Counted from the whole stretch's first letter, positions 11,745 to 24,751 are shown. The stretch is 63,641 bases of DNA, filler included, from Salisapilia sapeloensis CBS 127946 (GCA_023334545.1; 9 parts of 9 records of this genome joined end to end with filler, not necessarily neighbours in it), one strand, 5' to 3'. Notes: generated by a model not told the origin, from the letters alone. Numbers and translations are program-made.

Positions 11745-12743
11745 TTAATTCCCACCTGATGACAGGTTGTACTTGGCACGTAAACTCTCTCGACGTTCCG
11801 CTCGACGACGTAGACGATCTTCCTGAGACGCTGCTTTCCGCTCTTCAATCTGCTGCCACGTCTCGGCCATGTGCTTAATCTCTTCATTTTCACGCTGGAC
11901 ACGCACTGCTTGCTTTTGCTTCTCAGACGCTAGCAAGGCTGTACGAACGTCCCGAGCGCTTTGAATAGCACTCAACCATTCGTTTCGTTTATTCGTATCC
12001 GGTGCATCGAACCGGTGTTCCTGGTCGTTGGCCGTAATGACGAGGCCTAGCTCTGCATCTTCCTTGTCCGAGGACGGAACGCGGAGGTCTGTGATCGAAT
12101 CCAATAGAATCGCTTTCACGTCGCCGTGATACTGCCTCTGCTCAACGTCCACCCCCTGGTACTGGAATAAACTCCTCGCTCGAACGAACTTGAGTTCCAC
12201 CGGACGTTTTCGCAGTAATCCGTGCTTCTGAAATAGACCCCCGGCTTCCATGAGTGGGAGGTGGTGGGCATAGAACTCATTTTCACCTCGAGCTTGCGTC
12301 GCACAAGGCGTGCAAAGCCTCTTGGGCTCAAAAAAGCCGTACTTGATCACTCGATCAAAGGTACTGGCACACGAGCCACAGAAGACGAGACCACAGGCTC
12401 GGCAGTGGTGCTTGCGCGTGAAAAGATCGAACGAGTCATTGCACAAGGAGCATGCTTCGATGCGAGCATCTTTCACCCATGGCGGAGGCTGCTGATACCC
12501 GGCAAGAGCGATGCCATTGGAGACGCTGTCTGTATCACTTTGGACACCCGTGCTTCCTTCGCTACTTGTGGTAGTCACTCGAGTAGCAGAGCGAGCGGAG
12601 TCGGGCGCCCGGCGGTACTTGTTCGACGATGGGTCCGATCGACGAGTGTACATGGACGCATCGTCTTCGTGGGTCCCACGATTCGGCTGAAAGCACCATG
12701 ACACCATGGCGCAAAGACTCGCCGTCGCTCGCTGCGCCGCCAT
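11745..12743 (-). CDS. FYVE zinc finger, PH-like domain and C-terminal coiled coil
   Basis: WVKD...CSLC...RKHHCRACGLVFCGSC...RLCTPC is a canonical FYVE. Downstream EHRFDAPDTNKRNEWLSAI resembles the PH C-terminal helix. Confidence 0.85.
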   Translation of the reverse strand: MAAQRATASLCAMVSWCFQPNRGTHEDDASMYTRRSDPSSNKYRRAPDSARSATRVTTTSSEGSTGVQSDTDSVSNGIALAGYQQPPPWVKDARIEACSLCNDSFDLFTRKHHCRACGLVFCGSCASTFDRVIKYGFFEPKRLCTPCATQARGENEFYAHHLPLMEAGGLFQKHGLLRKRPVELKFVRARSLFQYQGVDVEQRQYHGDVKAILLDSITDLRVPSSDKEDAELGLVITANDQEHRFDAPDTNKRNEWLSAIQSARDVRTALLASEKQKQAVRVQRENEEIKHMAETWQQIEERKAASQEDRLRRRAERRESLRAKYNLSSGGN

Positions 12744-12969
12744 CCTCTGATGCTGATATGAGGCCGAAGTACGTTCCTCTCCCGAAATGGGTATTGAATG
12801 GTAGTTTCTACCATATTTGCATTTTTATACATAATATTCTACTTTTGAACTTGGAGTTTGTATGTCCATCTCCCTTTCAATTGACTGGGATAACTTTGAA
12901 TACAAGATATATCATGAAAACCATGTATCTGAACTTCAAGCGGTATACAAAGAAAAGGTGCATTAAAAC

Positions 12970-14960
12970 TTACGATAAAGCAAATGTATCCATCACGTGA
13001 TGGACAATGTCCAGCCCGTAGTCCAATGGCCTCTTCTCCGACGCTCGTTTCGCGATAATATGTTCATGTGCCAAGACGTTTTCAAACATCACGTGCACTC
13101 GACGCCAGCCGACGCTCTGAAGTGATAAAAGCATTCCCCTCAATTCATCCTGCTCAGCGTCGCTCTTGTACGCTTCGTCGACTCGATCCAAGACCACTTC
13201 ATCGTCCATAAACGGATCCGGTCGTTTTTTCCCGACCTTTTCTTCATTCGTATACGAAACACTGATTCGATCTCCACGTTCCTCTCGTTCTTTCGACTTG
13301 GAGGAAAACAATCTCGAAAACTGTTTGCTCTTGCCATTGACAAAAGGCTGTGGTGTCTTCGTCACAATGTCAGCAACATTAGACGTCGGCAAGGTCGATC
13401 GAACGAGTGTCTGCAGGTTCAAAGACATACGAGTGATGTGTGGGTATGTCTCATCCGTCTTCCATGTTGACGGATCCAGTCGATAAGGATTGAACGCACG
13501 TATGCTACCGGATGCAAAGGGTACCTGGACATCAAAGAAGACATTTGCATAGGCTGTACGGACTTGGAAGAGCAATAGAGCTTCTAGGAATCTACCTCTA
13601 GCTAAGCAACTGAGTAACGGAGGGGAAGAATCAGACAGTGAGCTGTTCTTCGTCGACCCGACGGCAGTCTTCGTCCGACAACGGACACCTAAGGAATTAA
13701 TACTGAAGGTGATGAGCCACCTCCAATCGTTTGACAGACCTTGGTCTCCGATACGTAGGACAGCTTGCTCTGTCGGATCGGTTGAGCCGATGGGACGGAT
13801 ATAGACGTCCCATGCATCTGCTCGGTCGTCTGGCGGGTTATCCTCGATCCCGTTGGTTTCCAAGGATCGCTCCGACTTCCATTGACGGAACGAAAGAGTT
13901 TTACGAAGAGTCGAGTGGCGATGAGATGTTGGAGGTGTAGACACTTCCAAGATAACTTCTGCCTGCCGTAAGTTAATGGAGAAGACGGGAGTCTCCGATA
14001 GAGTGTCTGTACGATCCGAGATGGACTTTAAGGTCAAGATATCGTCTTGGACGGTACATGAGTGGAACTCGAAGGCTTCCAATGTGCCTTTGGAAGAAGA
14101 AATAGAAGCAAGTACCGTGCCTTGCGTATTTATAAACGCTATTTCATGGTGATTAGTCGAACGCATGGACGTATTGTTAGATATAAGCGTACATGATTGA
14201 GCTCGAGGACCTTGACGATCAGTAGCGTTCGACCCAAGCGCAATAACCTCATCAGACGCCACGTCTGCTAGGTTTAGTTGTTGTCCCGTTCTATCCATGT
14301 CGTGGTTACGCAATCATCGAATCGAGGGGACATGCATATTATACCGATGGAAGACCGTGGGTGTGAGTGCGTTGATAATAAAGTTAAAGGAACCACGAGG
14401 AGGTCTTCTGACACCCAAGTGAGGCGTCGCTAGCGTAATAAAGTTCTATACATTATGTGAATAGACGGTCGGATAGTGTCGGATAGTACTCGTACCATAG
14501 GCTGAATCCGTTCAAAGAAGCCACGAACGAGTAATAGACCAATACAGAATCGAGCGTAGAGTCCACCCAACGAGTGTCCAATAATGGATATCTTCTGCAG
14601 ACACGGCATTCGTTTTTCTAGAGCACAGATCTCATCTGCAAGTCGTTCGCCACCACAATCGACGCCATCGTACGTTTGGAACAACGAACAATTGTTGCAG
14701 TCCGAGTCCTGAATGTACACGCCTTCGAACGAAAAATGCTGACGGAATAATCGAGCAAAGTGGGAGAAGTCAGCGCTAGAACCGAGTAAGCCGTGCTGCA
14801 TCACCACAAGGTGTGTCGCGGTTTCAAGCGTCGCTTTCTTTTTTGCTCTTGAATACGTCTGCTGCTCATCTGTAGCTGTACCATTCTCATGTGCTTGAGT
14901 CCTATTGCCATCGGCCGGAGTATCGCCTGCCATCTCTATAGAACACTTGGATAATGACAT
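12970..14960 (-). CDS. DUF676-type putative serine esterase/lipase (alpha/beta hydrolase), 3 exons, with a large internal insertion
   Basis: HLVVMQHGLLG, ISIIGHSLGGLYAR (GxSxG), ATPHLG, TGQQL, RTAYANVFFDVQVP and HEHII. Confidence 0.85.
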
Positions 14961-15079
14961 CGAACAGAGCGAAAAAAGGTATTCGATCTTCGATCTTCGA
15001 GCTACCTTCGCGCAACTCTAGTGCATAATCATATGACGTCATCATTCGTTTCAAGCAGCATTTATTCGTTTCGGACTAG

Positions 15080-16241
15080 TTAGGCAACCGACTTGCTATC
15101 TTCAAGAGCTGAATAACGGTGGAGTGCAAAGGACGTCGAGTAGCCGACGAGTGTGAGCATGCACCCGAGCTGCCCACCCGCCCGAATCTGCACGGCAGTA
15201 AAGTCTGTTTCATAATTCCACAACTCGGTGTGCGTCGAGTTGAAGCGCATGGTATCTTCACAGTACGAATCACCGAGATTTCTTTCAAGACATTCGTCGA
15301 GTGACAAATGTCGATCGCCTTCGGCAATTGCTGATCCGATCGGAATATAGATTAGGAAAGCAACGAAAAACGCAATGGCGAATGCAGCCTGCACTCTTAA
15401 TGTTCGTGCGAACGAGCGCTCGCCTGAAGTGCCTTTAGCTGCTTTAAGTAGTCGGACGCTGACTAGGGTCTACAAAATCATTCTGAGTATCATACCATCA
15501 AATGGATCTAGAAAGAGTAAGTACATTGGTGCAGACAGCTACAACTTGCCAAGCAAAGAACCAGTAGGCTCCAAGCACGTGGGTCTTAGGGAACGACGTT
15601 GTACTGAAGAAAGCCTAGGTTGCAATGTTAATCATGTAAAATACACGCAGAATGATCAAACTCTAGTACAAGAGTTGGTAGCCCAGGACAAGCAATGACA
15701 CCACAAAAGAGTGCCAAGACACTTATGATACGAACGACTCGAAAAGACTCGTTTTTAAAGCTCTCCATTGCAGCACGCTGGAATTGTGCATTGAGGATGT
15801 ACGTCCACGCGACGAAGATGGCTGTGAGCGACAGTCCGACACAAAAGATATAGTAGCCAGGTGCATCTACACACGAATGAAATACCACACAAGCAATTCA
15901 CTAGCATTGCAATGCATACCTCTGCCCATGTCGGAAAAGAACGGCCATGTAAGTCCGCCAGCGTAACGGTGATTCACCTTAAGGATCGTGAAGCACGTGA
16001 TCAGAGTCGTAAGGACACATCCGGATGCGACCAGCGGGACAGCTGAGCGCAAGCAAGTGTTGTGTTCAGCCATAGAGGACTTGGATCGGAAGGCGAGGCT
16101 ACCAGCGAGCGAATTGCAAAGTGGTTTTGATTCGACCAAGACACTTCGGCCAGTTAATCCCGGCGAAAGTGAACGTACCCACCTCTGGATCTTGGAAAGA
16201 AGCATGCATCTGTTTAAATGGATTTTCCATCTCTTTTCCAT
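15080..16241 (-). CDS. Frag1/DRAM/Sfk1 (TMEM150-like) membrane protein, tandem copy B, multi-exon (start possibly about 16073)
   Basis: WPFFSDMGRD.PGYYIF motif, several TM helices and C-terminal QLGCMLTLVGY; paralog immediately upstream. Confidence 0.7.
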
Positions 16242-16451
16242 CCAAGTCGATGTATAGAGAAGGACACTTCATCTTCTACTACATTTGGAAGCTTGTACGA
16301 GTGGGTTATCATCCTGCCGTATGCAGAGTAGAGGGAGATAAATCAGGCGTAACGAAGATATAAAGTATCTCATCCCAAGTTTATTAGTAAAAATAGTTCG
16401 AGTACGTTGTAAGTGGTAACCTTGAAGAGGGGCAATGTTTCCGCTATTGCT

Positions 16452-17571
16452 TTACTTTTTCTTGAGGCGTCGCGTTTCATCCATCAGAGCATAGTCATGC
16501 GAACCAAAGGAAACCGAGTATCCTACGAGTGTTAGGATGCAGCCTAGTTGACCTGCTGCACGCATCTGAGGTACAGCCATATCGTCATCTATACCACAAT
16601 CAGTACTCTATTGGATCTACCGGTAATCGAGTACGTACCATACGCCCACAGCTTTGTATGTGTTTCATTGAGTTGGATGAAACCGTAGCAATAGTCACCA
16701 CCCAGATCCATACGCAAGCATCGATCGATGGACAATCGAGGCGTGTCGGGATTGACAGCCAAGCCGATGGGTATGTAGAAGAGGAAGGCGATGAAGAAGA
16801 GGACAGTGAAGAACAATTGAATGTACAACGTGTGCCGGAAACTCTTTTCCTGTCGAACACTAATGTGTTGCCGATCTTTTGAACCGGACATTTTCACGGC
16901 AATCATGAGTTGATAGCTTATCATCGTCTAGGGAGACAGTAAGCACTTGGATCGCGGCATAATCTTTCCGTAGGAACTTACATTGAAGATGACGGCAACG
17001 TTTTGGAAGGCGAAAAAGTAGTAAGCAGAGTACGCATGAAAGTATGGGTATTCCACATTGCTAAAGATGGACTATGATCAAAAGATTGTTAGGATAATGC
17101 ACAAGATAATCGTAAATGGTATATAAGTACGAGAAGTGGGAGACCAATGACAGATAAGCAGCCAAAGATCATGACGACCAACGATAGGCGCTGCAGGTTA
17201 CGCGAAGCGCTCGTGAATGTGGTCGGGTTATAGAGTACATCGGCGTGGAATTGATAGTTCATAATGTACGTCCACGCGATCAATGCCGCTGCGATCGATA
17301 ATCCGACACAAAAGACGTAGTAGCCTGGAGGATCTACAGAAACATGTCAGAGCATGGCTGGATATACTTTTGCATAAAGCATACCTCTGCCCATGTCGGA
17401 GAAGTATGGCCAGTAGAGACCACCGACATATATTCCTCGGACTTTGACAAGAGATAAACAGATCAGCAACGTAGTGATAACCGTTCCAGACGCGAGGAAC
17501 GGCACGAGTGTGCGGACCTTGTGGGTCGTCGTGGAGCTCATACTGAGTGCGTCCGATGTCGTTTTGCACAT
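16452..17571 (-). CDS. Frag1/DRAM/Sfk1 (TMEM150-like) membrane protein, tandem copy A, multi-exon (start possibly 17541)
   Basis: WPYFSDMGRDPPGYYVF and QLGCILTLVGY, with the same intron position after SDMGR as copy B. Confidence 0.7.
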
Positions 17572-18979
17572 ATGCTGCAGTGAAACGGAGCGAAGGTCGA
17601 GTGGGAGAGTGCCCGGAAGATGGTATTTTTGCAGTCGGATGTTCAGAACCTAAGAATCCGCGACCTTTCAGAATACAATGGAAACCTGGCGACAAGTCAG
17701 ATACAAAGTGCTAGATTACGCTCCGAAAACCTTCTAATTGGTAATCTACTTAATGACTAATTGGTATGGCAAAGTTTAGTAGGCTCGTGTACAGAGAGGA
17801 TAGTAGTATTGCTTGTTTTTCTAAACTTGTGAGTAAACAGGAGTGAAAACGCAAGATGAGGCATGGTTGAATCAGGGTGGAGAAAGATACTGAGAATGCA
17901 TGCAGAATCTGGTCGGAGAATTCAATATTAGTTGACTGCAAGATACAAATGAATTTTTGTAGTAGTATGCGCAGCCTACTATCGAAGCAACGGATGTCGC
18001 TATCGTTCGATCTTGGCAAATCAAGTGCATTTCTCCCTTAAATTCTAGATAGTTGCGGTGCATCAGCCGCTCGACAAAGTAGAATCATGAGCATAGTGGA
18101 AAGAAAATAGAGAGCTTCATTCTGTAGCCGCCAAACCTCCGGACTTTTTCATTTGGATACAAGATAGAATGACTTGAAGGTACTAAAACCGATAATGTGA
18201 GTATACAACGTGCCTTTCGAACTATATTATATGGGCGCGCCTTCAAGCGCACGCTATCGGGCTATTACGATGTGCCTCAATATTTAGCCATCGCGATTGC
18301 GAACGCTCCGTCATCTGAATCAGAGCACTGGTCCGTAGCCTCCGCTTTCAAGTTATTTGGCAGTCTGTCAGGACGACTTTCGCCTCCGAGTCGCGTCTTT
18401 TCGTAGATGGAGAAACGGGATTTGGCAAGCTCGAGAAGCATCGAGTCGAGCTGCGCACGAGCAGCTTCAGTGCTCATTGACGCATGTTGAAGCGCCGTGT
18501 CCGAGTGCTTGAAGTTAAAGGATTTTTGTACTTCGGCCATGACTACTGTGTGAATGAGATGGAGATCGGTCTTGAGTGTTGCTGGGTAGATTCGTGAATG
18601 AGCAGACGCCATGCCAAAATCTTCATGTTGAAGTTTTTATACGCCCTTTACTGTTAGATCATCTGGGTTTTGGATCTAGTCTTGAAGGCATATCAATTTG
18701 TCGAGCAGTTTCGTGCTATGTCTGGACGAGAAGTTGTCGGTTCCTTTGAAAATATCACGTTTGACAAGACTTGAACTTCTATAGAGGCGGTTGAAACGCA
18801 TTGGTGTCAGACCAGAGCGCTTCTTCGAGCCCTAGGAGTCGTGTGGAAAGAATTTTCCATTCTGGAAAGCATTGCTTCCGTTCGATAGGTTATGTGGGAA
18901 ATCCACTAGCTACCGCAGATGCTGGGCGTGACCTATGTGTCCATCAACTTCAAGCAGATTGTTCATGATTGAAGCGGAC

Positions 18980-19079
18980 NNNNNNNNNNNNNNNNNNNNN
19001 NNNNNNNNNNNNNNNNNNNNNNNTTAATTAATTAANNNNNNNNNNNNNNNNNNNNNNNNNNNNNNNNNNNNNNNNNNNN
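18980..19079. other. Artificial contig-joining spacer
   Basis: N44-TTAATTAATTAA-N44. Confidence 0.97.
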
Positions 19080-19928
19080 AAGCATCATGGCAAGATACGC
19101 AATGACGGTGGCACCCCAGCTGGTCGGGAAGCCAAGGGCCGATAGCCCGGTCTCCGCTTTCGGGTAGATAGTAAACAAGAGGTTGTCAGAGATCTGGCAG
19201 CCAATTCCAGAGTAGGCAGACGACGCGAGGATGAGGAAGAGACACGAGATGAAGATAAGCGTCACACAGACAACGCGTGGCATGCGTTCGGGCTCCGAGT
19301 GTTCTCGGAAGAGGCTTGGGATGACTACGCCTGCTGCGTAGGCGAGAGACAAGTTACCAAACACAGTTGCTACTTGATCAAAGTTGATGTTTGGCGTTGG
19401 GATGGGTCCATGGCCTTCCATTCCGTGTAGAAGCACAGCGACAGCAATGATGTCAGCAATGATCGTGCCGAGCGCTCCGGCAAATGCAGCAAAGGCTCCT
19501 TCTTTCAGGGTCGGCGTCAGGCAGACTGGGAGACACGTGATGGCCATAAGAATGATCCACGTGGTGGCACTGAAGGCGCCAGGGAAAAGTCCGTCGAGCA
19601 AGCTACCTCCAAGTACTAGGAATGTACATGGGGCCAAAAGACAGACACCCATTTGAGCAACGACGACGAGGTAACGACCGGTTTTACCCATGCTCCACTC
19701 GCCCAGGTCTCCCAGTGTTTTTACGCTGCGCGGTGCCTTTAACAGGACCTTGCAGCAGACAACGGAGGCGTAGACGTTGGCAAATGCCATGAAAACCATA
19801 GCAATAACAGCGAGGACGGGTCCGGCACGCGAGAAATTCGTCGGCATACCTAGTGTGCCAATACCGTAGACACAGCAGAAGAGAGAGAAACTGGTCTTGG
19901 CATCTTCAAGTGTAAACCAGCGCCCCAT
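19080..19928 (-). CDS. Amino acid/auxin permease (AAAP, Aa_trans) family transporter, 3'-partial
   Basis: SLFCCVYGIGTLGMPTNFSRAG, LGDLGEWSMG and FGNLSLAYAAGVVIPSL...MREHSEPERMP-like region; multiple TM helices. Confidence 0.9.
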
Positions 19929-21857
19929 GGTAGTGTAGTTTGATCCGGTGCGTAGATATCTGGAGATCAAATCGGAAAGTGACAAAAAGTAAGAAGCCGA
20001 TCACTTTGTGATTAAAGGAGGCATGGGTCGTGCATGTAGATGAGACAATAGACAGACAATCGGATGTTTTGAATGGTTAAGGAGCGAACGATGAATGGCA
20101 GCTGGGAGCAGAACGACGTATCCATGGTGTTTGCGCATTCGCCTCTGATCCATTCGGCCAGTTTGCGAGAGCACCCAGGCTAGCAGCAGTCTTTATCGGG
20201 CCCAATTTATTACGCCATCCTTTGTGGTTTCTTGCATGACGATTATTTTTGAACGTGAGAGTGGTAGGATGTCGTTCTGAGCGCGTTTAGCCCACGTTGA
20301 ACAAGCTCATTGTCTCGACTCAACCCGATCCAAAATAGTCAGCCTTAGCGTACGTTTGTATTGCCAACGAATATCGAAAGGCCTTAGCATCTGATGCCAC
20401 GAGAAAACTCGAACGGTTCGAAGGACCCTTTTAGTGTGCAATTGGTGTTCTTTGCGTACTGTGAGATACAAGCTTTCTCAGCTAAGTATTGGGTAACTTG
20501 CACTGGCTCTTGCAAGACAGTTTGTGATGGCGAGCGAAGCAGCCTTGCAGTGTAGTGGCGGTTATATGTATTGCTAAATTCAGACGCTGAGTTGCATCCG
20601 AACGTGAGGCTAAAAGTTATCACCGAAAAGCTTTGCTTCGTTCAAAATCATACTTAAATCCTGTAGAAAGCTCTCGATTCTAAGTCGTGCACATGCTTAC
20701 CCCACAACCCCACGCCCTAGACTAAAGGTAATGCATCTGATAGCAATCGTCCCGTCAATATCTGCAGGTGTCATAAAGTTCATCCGAATGCGCAAACGAG
20801 GCAAAAAATAATGGGAAGAGAGAAACGGTCATATCAGAGAGCATTTGTCGCAAAGCAAGTACACGAGGGATTTATATTGGGACGCGAGCATCCGCGGTCA
20901 CACGGTCCATCGTGACATTGATGCCATTCAGCGAAAATATAAAGAATATTGGTTTTCTGTCTTAGAACATTTAATTCTTGTGGAAACTTGGGCAGTTGAA
21001 GCAAACTTATTTTTACTTGGTAAATGGCATGAAAGCAACATGTTCTGATTTACTGATGGACTTGTGTTAATGTATATGGACACTGGAAGGAAATGTGCTA
21101 GGGAGTTAGTCAAAAAGAGAGGCCTCGATCCTATTGAAAAGTATTTGCTGTTGTTGTACATTCTTAGGTCGCGTTCACGGTGAATCAGCATTTAATATTT
21201 TCAGGCATTCACTCTGGCTTGTAGTGTCCATGAGAATTTGTTAAGTCGACTCTACGTTCGTCGAAATAATCGATACCGCTCATATCATGCCATAAAAATG
21301 TTTTCAAAGCAGGTCAATATGCTTTTTCGTCAAAGATTGTACATAATGAAGAAGTGATGTATATTGCCGGCGGAAATGACGCTTCGTATTAGTTGCTAGT
21401 TCGGCTTAGATGATACATTCTCTGTTGAGACTACCATGCTCGTTCCCATGTTCGTTGCAAAATCATTGAGGCAAGAACTGCAACAGCCAGGCAACGCTTT
21501 TACAGAAATGGAAACCTAGAAATGAAAGTGCCTTGAATTGAATCTGCTTCATTATTTGATTAAGCAAAGGAAGCTATCAAGCCAAACAACATTAATAACC
21601 TTGCCTGTACGCTGCCACCATATCAAGACTATTGAAAATAATCGAGGATTATCCTCTCAACGACCACGACCTGCGCTATCTTTTAACCGAGGCAATTGTT
21701 TCAGCCGATATTGTGCTCACAAACTCTCCTATTCATTCTCTGGCTTTGTAAGGACTTGCTTTGCAATGAATGCTTCTTGGTTTAAAACCTCTCGACTTTT
21801 TTACACGCGCAATGTACGCTGCTACTTGCAAGATGATATTAGCAACCAAATGTCCAG

Positions 21858-23096
21858 CTACGATGCTTTCTTTTCTCCAAACGCTAATATCTCACTACGT
21901 ATTAACTCTGGTCGCAATGGAATCTCTAGCATCTCCTTTCGTTGGCCCTTCACGGTGCGCACCAGTCCATGCTCTTCCAAGTTTCGGACCGAGTGGCGCA
22001 ATGCCGGAACTGACAAATGGACCATGCTCTTGCTGCAGTCCTCGAGTACATTGTGGAAGTCGGCTTGGCCTGGCTGATTCTTCTTCGTATTCGCCTGGAT
22101 ACACTGGCGAGCGATGACTTTGACTATCCCGACGTCTGTAGGCGTAAGACTCTGCAGAATGAACTGAACTCCAGTCTCGGATTGCTCTGATAATCTTGCC
22201 TGCTTGGTCAGTCGCAAGTCAATCTCGCTCGTGTATGGCCGGTACGTGTTGGCGGTCTCATAGATCCAAGCGAAACGCAGCGCATCATCTTCTTGCCATA
22301 AAGAAGGGCCGTTGATTTGGTCCATGGAGGCTACGAGATGGATGCGAGGTGATCTGGCAAGCCAGCTGAGGCAAGATTGCAAAGCTGGGGTGCGCATGGC
22401 GATGCCATCGATGGAGTGGATTAGCAAAATGATCGGTGTCGAGGACGAAGTGGCGGATCTGTTTCCAATATCCTGACACTGTCACGTAAAGAAAGTTATA
22501 GAGCGAACGTATGTAAGTAACTAGATAGATGGTACTTGTTGTAGAAGTGTCTTTTGCTTTTGAGTCACGCTCATGTCAAGTATTTGCTGCAGCGACTGGA
22601 TAAGCGAACGAGTGGATACCACTGGCATGTATCCATATAGCTGCAGAACATAGCAGTCTGCCAATTGCTCCTGCATGAACACTTGCAACATGGCTACTTT
22701 GGAGCCCATGCCGACGACTAGAATGTTAAATCCTGCCAGGAGTTGAGATCGCCATTTGCCATACTGATCCGCATGGTTTGGAAAGGGGAAGCCGCCACTG
22801 CGTACCTCTTCTTCTGCACGGTTTATTTTGCTCAAGCTGGACACGACTTCGCCTCGCGGAGGAAAGAGAGGCCTTGCGTCTGCTGCATCGGACTTTGCCT
22901 TGGAAGTAGAAACTTTGGACTTGCTCGAGTGACGTGAACGCAGGTAGGCATCCGCTTTCCCAGAGCCGATAACATTGGTCCGAGGTTTCTGTCCTGTGCG
23001 AGCACGAAGTTGAGCTTGAGCAGGAGCGACATCCTCATCCAATGCGGTCGATCTGCGCTTGGACATTTTGCCCCAGTCGAATGAAATGCGTGGCAT
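21858..23096 (-). CDS. ORC2: Origin recognition complex subunit 2, 2 exons (intron about 22480-22530)
   Basis: WRSQLLAGFNILVVGMGSK, LIHSIDG, IHLVASMDQIN...LW, TYRPYTSE and a C-terminal winged-helix-like region. Confidence 0.88.
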
Positions 23097-23344
23097 TTGA
23101 TGTTGCCAACAAGGTCAAGGCTGGATGAAGTGGTAACCTGAGTGTCCACACGATGGCCTTTGTCCGCCGGTTCGTCGATGATTTATGCTAACAAATGCTT
23201 GAACTGGTGCATGCATTGTAATGAAGCGACTGGTCCACCGAGAGCATAGATTGAATGCAAAGTTTCGATGTAAAAGCAATGCTAAAGCCGGATCATGAAA
23301 GTATTGTATTTTAAAAGTATCCCGCCAAGTCTCAAGTGAAAGAT

Positions 23345-24358
23345 CTAAGCGTAGATGATGGCAGGGAGAAGAACGGCAAGACTGAAGCTAAGTAGGCTCA
23401 GCATATTGCTCCCCTTGAGTCCAGACACTCTGCATGAGCTTGCAGAGCTGCTACTAGAGTTAGAAGATTTCGAGTCACTACTTGACGCATCGGAAGCGGA
23501 AGATGGCGTACTAGAGGATCTATCACCAGAGGCGCTTTTCTCGTTTTCCACACGGCTTGTCATCTTACTAGCTCCAAGAATTGGATCATAGTAGAGACTT
23601 TCTTTGTAATTGTTAAAGTTCCATTCAATCTCCATTTCGTCGCCCACGAGGTACGTCTTCGTATGTGTTCGAATGTCATCATCATCTAGTACGACTGTAT
23701 TTGGAGCATCAATGTAGAGGCCATCACCAAAGTCGATTCGGTCCAAGTTTGTCTCGTCAGAACGAACATTACCTTCGGTTGCAACCTTCAAGTTGTTGTT
23801 GTTGGCCCCCCTCACGGACAACGCAAAACGAACAAAGAGTTGATTCGTATCCTTCTCAAATGGCCATGTTTTCAGCTCAAAGCTGAATTTTAGCGCGCCA
23901 GCAGGAACAGTGAAGCGATTGTTGCCATTATTCACTTTTTTATCCTCCATGTAGACCGTAGCCTTCATTTGTATCTCCATCGAATGTCCGTCAATTTGAT
24001 CACTGGCCGTGAAAGTTGTCTCACCAACAGTTCCGGAGGTTTCTTTAAGAGAACTCCATTCTCCTTTCATGGTCGCTAGATTTGTCATAGCTTTACTTTC
24101 AACCGGGAACCCATTTGCATTCGTTTCCCTCATGCTAGATAGAACGAGCGACATCACGGGCCCGTTTGTGCAGTCTCCAGTCGGACAGAACTCCATTTTC
24201 CCACCGGTTGGATAGAAATTCGACGTCGTGTAGATATCATAATCAACACTACTAGTCCCATTTTGACTAATGGTCACATCGGCTGAAATGATTCTGGGGG
24301 CGAAGGTCAAGCTGCATATGATCGTCCCAAGAAGGACTGGGAAAATATTCGCTAGCAT
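23345..24358 (-). CDS. Uncharacterised secreted, probably GPI-anchored surface protein (337 aa)
   Basis: N-terminal signal-like segment, beta-rich core (LKFSFELKTWPF...LYYDPILG), Ser-rich linker and terminal hydrophobic tail LSLLSFSLAVLLPAIIYA. Confidence 0.75.
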   Translation of the reverse strand: MLANIFPVLLGTIICSLTFAPRIISADVTISQNGTSSVDYDIYTTSNFYPTGGKMEFCPTGDCTNGPVMSLVLSSMRETNANGFPVESKAMTNLATMKGEWSSLKETSGTVGETTFTASDQIDGHSMEIQMKATVYMEDKKVNNGNNRFTVPAGALKFSFELKTWPFEKDTNQLFVRFALSVRGANNNNLKVATEGNVRSDETNLDRIDFGDGLYIDAPNTVVLDDDDIRTHTKTYLVGDEMEIEWNFNNYKESLYYDPILGASKMTSRVENEKSASGDRSSSTPSSASDASSSDSKSSNSSSSSASSCRVSGLKGSNMLSLLSFSLAVLLPAIIYA

Positions 24359-24669
24359 CGTGTCGAGTTGGAAATTGTGCTTCTCGATACTCGTTCAATT
24401 GCTCAATGCGGAGGAGTTTTATGAACGCCAAGAATAAATGCTAGGACATGACCTTTAATGCAGTTTCGTATCCGTTTTCTCCTCAATAAAGGTCGAAACG
24501 AACCATGATAAATGTAGCTCTTCGCGTTGAACTCCGGAGGAGTCTGAAAGAGAATGCATAATCTGCCTTGCTAACTTCAACTTACCGCTGTAAGAAGGTA
24601 ATGATCCATGTAGCATGAGTTCCGTTTGCTTTGAAAGGTACTAAAGGCAGACTATCAAAAGCTAAAAAT

Positions 24670-24751
24670 TGTCAGCTGTGGGATTTGAACCCACGAGTAT
24701 CTCTACATTGCGGCCTAAACGCAACCCCTTAGACCGCTCGGGCAAACTGAC
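24670..24751 (-). tRNA. tRNA-Leu (anticodon TAG), intronless, long variable arm
   Basis: GTCAGTT/AGCTGAC acceptor stem, D arm GCCCGAGCGGTCTAAGGG, anticodon arm TTGCG-TTTAGGC-CGCAA and T loop GGTTCAAATCC. Confidence 0.95.

Noticed and set aside
17700-18979. ORF fragments (e.g. 18277-18612) as a gene or CRN/kinase relic
   Set aside because: Stop-riddled, with no motif I can identify.
20000-21850. Short ORFs between the permease and ORC2
   Set aside because: No recognisable domains or consistent frame; ORF 21538-22077 overlaps the ORC2 antisense strand.
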